Positions 17,183-20,000 of a DNA stretch of 20,000 nucleotides are shown here, piece after piece. A program made the translations under genes and the position numbers. The notes under the pieces are model-generated. The model had not been told where the DNA came from. It did no database searches and worked only from the letters and a program-made list of their open reading frames with translations. The stretch's first letter is position 1; every line of letters starts with the position of its first letter. This DNA comes from Saprolegnia diclina VS20 (lineage: Eukaryota), in the NCBI RefSeq assembly GCF_000281045.1, contig NW_008246093.1, positions 696,425 through 716,424 of the forward strand, read 5' to 3'.

Positions 17183-18799
17183 TTAGAGCATCGCTTCGTT
17201 CTTCATCTCCTCTTCGTTGTCGTCGACCTGGAGCATGCGAGCGGCCGTCGGTTGCACGGCCGGCGTGATGTGCGTGGTTGCCGAGACTAGCGTCGGTGGC
17301 GAAGGGCCGTCGGGCGAGACGTGGAGCATGTTGCCCATCGGGCGAACCGGGCTCTCGGCGGTGGGCTGCGTCGCGCTCATCGTGGAACTGGCATACGAAG
17401 ACGAGCTGGAGCTCGACTGCGGCGTCGGGATCCAGTTGTCGACGGCAATCGTGGCAGGCACGGCAACCGGGCTGCGGAACGACTGCAAGGCGCTGTTCCA
17501 GACCAAGGTTTTCGAGCAAACGGGCGCCGGGGACGGGTTGCGTGACTCGGGCGCCGGGGACGGGTTGCGCGACTCGGAGTCACGAGCAGACGCACCAGAA
17601 GAGGAAGACGACGCGCCAGAGGACGACGAGCTCGACGACAACTGGCCCGACGACAACAAACCAGAAGAGGTCGAGCTCGTCGACGATGCGCCCGACGACG
17701 ACGACGGGCGTGAAGACGTCGGCGTCTTGGGGTGCAGTGGCGGCGCACCGCCGAGCGCCTTGAGCTGGCCGCGGACCTGCTCCATGTCGTCCGAGAGCGT
17801 CTTGAACTGCTTAGAAAGCACCTCGTGTGTGGCCGCAAGTGTCGTCACCTGGCTGCGAAGCTGCTCGTTGTCGGCCACAAGCGCCTTCAGTTGGCCATCG
17901 TCCGGAACCGGCTTGGTCTGGTCGCGCAGCTCCTTGTTGTCACTGCGCAGCTCCTTGTTATCGTTGCGCAGCTCCTTGTTGTCGTTGCGCAGCTCCTTGG
18001 TCTCGGCCAAAAGGTCTTGGAGCTGCTGCGACATGATCTTGACCAGCTCGTCGTTGGTCTTGGCCGCCGTGTCGTCGTCTGTAAGCTTGCGCTTCTTGGA
18101 GGCCGACTCGATCTTGGTCGCGTGGCCGTCACCCTGGACAACGACCGTGCCTTCGCCGCCGACGGGCTTGAGCGCGTCTTCAAAGTCCCGGGCGAAGGGC
18201 GAACAGACGATGCCCTTGCCGACGTGCGCCCCAGTCCGCACGAACGTGCAGGCCTTGAAGCCCGCGGGGAGCGCCGCGAGGATCGTCGCCATGGTCGTCG
18301 CGATGGCCGTCGCCGTCGCAGCGTCGTCTCGAAGCGCGTCAAGCTTGGTGGCAAACATCCGCCCGTCAAAAATGAGACTCGGGATGTCGACGTCCACGCC
18401 CGTCGCATTGAGCGACGCCCCCGAAACCAGCACGACGCCCGCGAGATCGACCGTCTTGAGCACGTCGTCGATGCGCATCGAGACGTTGAAGAGAGTGAAC
18501 GATTTCGCCGTCGGCGTGTAGACCGCGAAGCGCCACACGCTGCCGTGCGCCCGGCAGACGAGGTGGGTGAAATGGCCGACGACCTCGAACGTCCACGACG
18601 TGTCCCGCGAGCCAGAGGGCACGCCCGGCGCCGTGTCGTTGCCATGCAGCGTCAAGTAGAGCAAGAGCAAGAGCAAATCAAACGCGGGTGCTTCGCCGAC
18701 GGTGGCGCCGGGCGCGTACATAGTCCAGAAGCGGAGCACGTTGGACTCCATGATCTTGTGGAAGCCGTTGTCGTGCTTGCGGACGAGCGTCGAGAGCAT
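17183..18799 (-). CDS. Hypothetical protein with coiled coil, putative NLS and Ser/Pro-rich tail, ~538 aa
   Basis: Long ORF with gene-like codon bias. ATG 18799 lies just downstream of a perfect INR+FPR. Contains SKKRKL, the heptad repeat KELR(N/S)DN and a low-complexity Ser tail. Confidence 0.8.
   Translation of the reverse strand: MLSTLVRKHDNGFHKIMESNVLRFWTMYAPGATVGEAPAFDLLLLLLYLTLHGNDTAPGVPSGSRDTSWTFEVVGHFTHLVCRAHGSVWRFAVYTPTAKSFTLFNVSMRIDDVLKTVDLAGVVLVSGASLNATGVDVDIPSLIFDGRMFATKLDALRDDAATATAIATTMATILAALPAGFKACTFVRTGAHVGKGIVCSPFARDFEDALKPVGGEGTVVVQGDGHATKIESASKKRKLTDDDTAAKTNDELVKIMSQQLQDLLAETKELRNDNKELRNDNKELRSDNKELRDQTKPVPDDGQLKALVADNEQLRSQVTTLAATHEVLSKQFKTLSDDMEQVRGQLKALGGAPPLHPKTPTSSRPSSSSGASSTSSTSSGLLSSGQLSSSSSSSGASSSSSGASARDSESRNPSPAPESRNPSPAPVCSKTLVWNSALQSFRSPVAVPATIAVDNWIPTPQSSSSSSSYASSTMSATQPTAESPVRPMGNMLHVSPDGPSPPTLVSATTHITPAVQPTAARMLQVDDNEEEMKNEAML
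17521..17574. repeat. 27-bp coding tandem duplication (ESRNPSPAP x2)
   Basis: CGGGCGCCGGGGACGGGTTGCG(T/C)GACT occurs twice with 1 mismatch. Confidence 0.95.
17924..17999. repeat. 21-bp coding minisatellite, ~3.6 copies (KELRNDN heptads)
   Basis: GCGCAGCTCCTTG recurs at 17924, 17945, 17966 and 17987. Confidence 0.95.
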
Positions 18800-18817
18800 G
18801 AGGAAGGGTTGGTGGTG

Positions 18818-18835
18818 GCAAAATTGAAAATGAGC
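18818..18835 (-). promoter_or_regulatory. INR+FPR core promoter
   Basis: Minus strand reads GCTCATTTT-CA-ATTTTGC, a full match ending 18 nt before ATG 18799. Confidence 0.8.
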
Positions 18836-18850
18836 TCTGGGCCCGAGCAC

Positions 18851-19142
18851 CTTGAAGTGTTCAAGCTCACACCGTGGCAACAGATGGACCTTCAGGTGCA
18901 TACGCTACGTAAGTAAGTGTTCTTTGTGCAAGAAGGGAATTTCCGCAGTAATCTTGAAGGCTCAAGCTCACAACGTGACCTTTGAGGTGCATCCGCTACG
19001 AAAAGTACTTTGCTCAAGAAGGGAATTTCCCACGTGTAGCTCTAATCTTGAAGGCTCAAGCTCACAACGTGGCAACAGATGGACCTTCGGGTGCATAAGC
19101 CACATAAGTAAGTGTTCTTTGTGCAAGAAGGGAATTTACCAC
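18851..19142. repeat. Three tandem imperfect ~94-102 bp direct repeats
   Basis: Units start at 18851, 18953 and 19047. Each reads CTTGAAG..TCAAGCTCACA.CGTG...GACCTT...GTGCAT..GC.AC...AAGTA...CTTTG..CAAGAAGGGAATTT.C. The middle copy has internal deletions. Confidence 0.93.
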
Positions 19143-19459
19143 GCACGGAGTTGACCCGAGGGAAAAATTGATTCCCGTAGACGACCCAACGTTCGTAGAT
19201 AAGTGCATGTGTGTTGTCTGGTACATTGAGCGTGCTCTCAGTGCCAGCGAGTCGGGACTCCTGGCTGCTCTCCGCTTCCGCGAGAGTCGGGATTCCTGGT
19301 ACTCCCACTCTCGCAGCGGGATACAAGCAACGCAAGACGTAGGAAATGCTGCAAAGTAGGAGTTGCATCATCGCATAAATGTTGAAGATCGGCGCTTAGA
19401 CCAGGCTGTCTTGCTGTGCGCTGCTCTCTGCTCCACGGTCCTTGGATCTAGCAACTGCG

Positions 19460-19770
19460 TCGGATCATGCGGGCGCCACGTGGGGTGTTGGGTATCTGGT
19501 GCATGTGATTGGCTGCAATCCACCAATCCACATCCGCGCAGCACTCAAAGATACGGGCAGATGATATGTTGTATCACAAGTGCGTGCAACCGCTTTGGCC
19601 GGTTGAAAGCCCCTTCGCTCAGAGGGCCGACGCGTTGATGACACCACCGAGTCACACATTCGAAGAGTGCGCTGAACGCAGAGAGCTATTTGGCATAGCA
19701 GCGACCATGGATTCGTTACGCAGTGCTAGTAGCCTGGTGTCGTATGTCGCTCGAATGATGAGCGCGATGG
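19460..19770 (+). mobile_element. Possible decayed 3' end of a non-LTR retrotransposon ORF2 (CCHC region)
   Basis: Joining frames gives ...STQ..NRFGRLKAPS...VDDTTE/HTFEECAERRELFG...MDSLRS...VSYVARMM, which recalls R1/LOA-type C-termini. This needs frameshifts and the first Cys pair is absent. Confidence 0.25.
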
Positions 19771-20000
19771 GCACTCTTACCTCCCAGCTCAGCCGCGCAC
19801 GCGACGCAAGTCCGTTTCCAGTCAGAAATGCAACACACCGCAAAGCCACTTCAGCCCAATGGCCCACCATCAACACTACCAACCTGGTGCACCGTCGACT
19901 TATACCTTTTGTATGTCGGTAATATAATACATTATGCGTCTCTCGTGGCTCGACACGGCGTCAGTTGACGATGGAAAAGGCGACATCGGAACCCATTCCT

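Noticed and set aside
18800..18901. ORF-track N-terminal extension of the 572-aa ORF
   Set aside because: It runs through the INR+FPR and into the tandem repeat; ATG 18799 is the better start.
18851..19142. CRISPR array, spliced-leader RNA genes, or NF-kB sites (GGGAATTTCC)
   Set aside because: Eukaryotic context with no unique spacers or cas genes. A GTAAGT donor-like motif is present in copies 1 and 3, but there is no clear Sm site. NF-kB is not known from this lineage.

Overview
Eukaryotic, gene-dense, GC-rich window. It is most consistent with an oomycete, probably Saprolegniales, judging by INR+FPR core promoters, 42-53 nt GT-AG introns and oomycete-style annexin N-termini; this taxon call is an inference. 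Gene order: annexin A (+), two paralogous unknown multi-pass membrane proteins (+,+), annexin B (+), Rae1/Gle2 mRNA export factor (-, 5 exons), ABCG half-transporter (+), unknown tandem CCCH zinc-finger protein (-), a doubtful ORF, a small orphan gene (+), CDP-diacylglycerol synthase (-, 7 exons), a membrane-tethered ATF6/bZIP28-like transcription factor (+), and an orphan coiled-coil/Ser-rich protein (-). The last gene's promoter abuts three tandem ~100-bp repeats, followed by a hairpin and a possible decayed non-LTR retrotransposon end. The most interesting items are the annexin-TM-TM-annexin cassette, the two-TM bZIP paired head-to-head with a phospholipid synthesis gene across ERSE/UPRE-like motifs, and the triple repeat at 18851-19142. 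No databases were searched; all calls come from reading motifs by eye.
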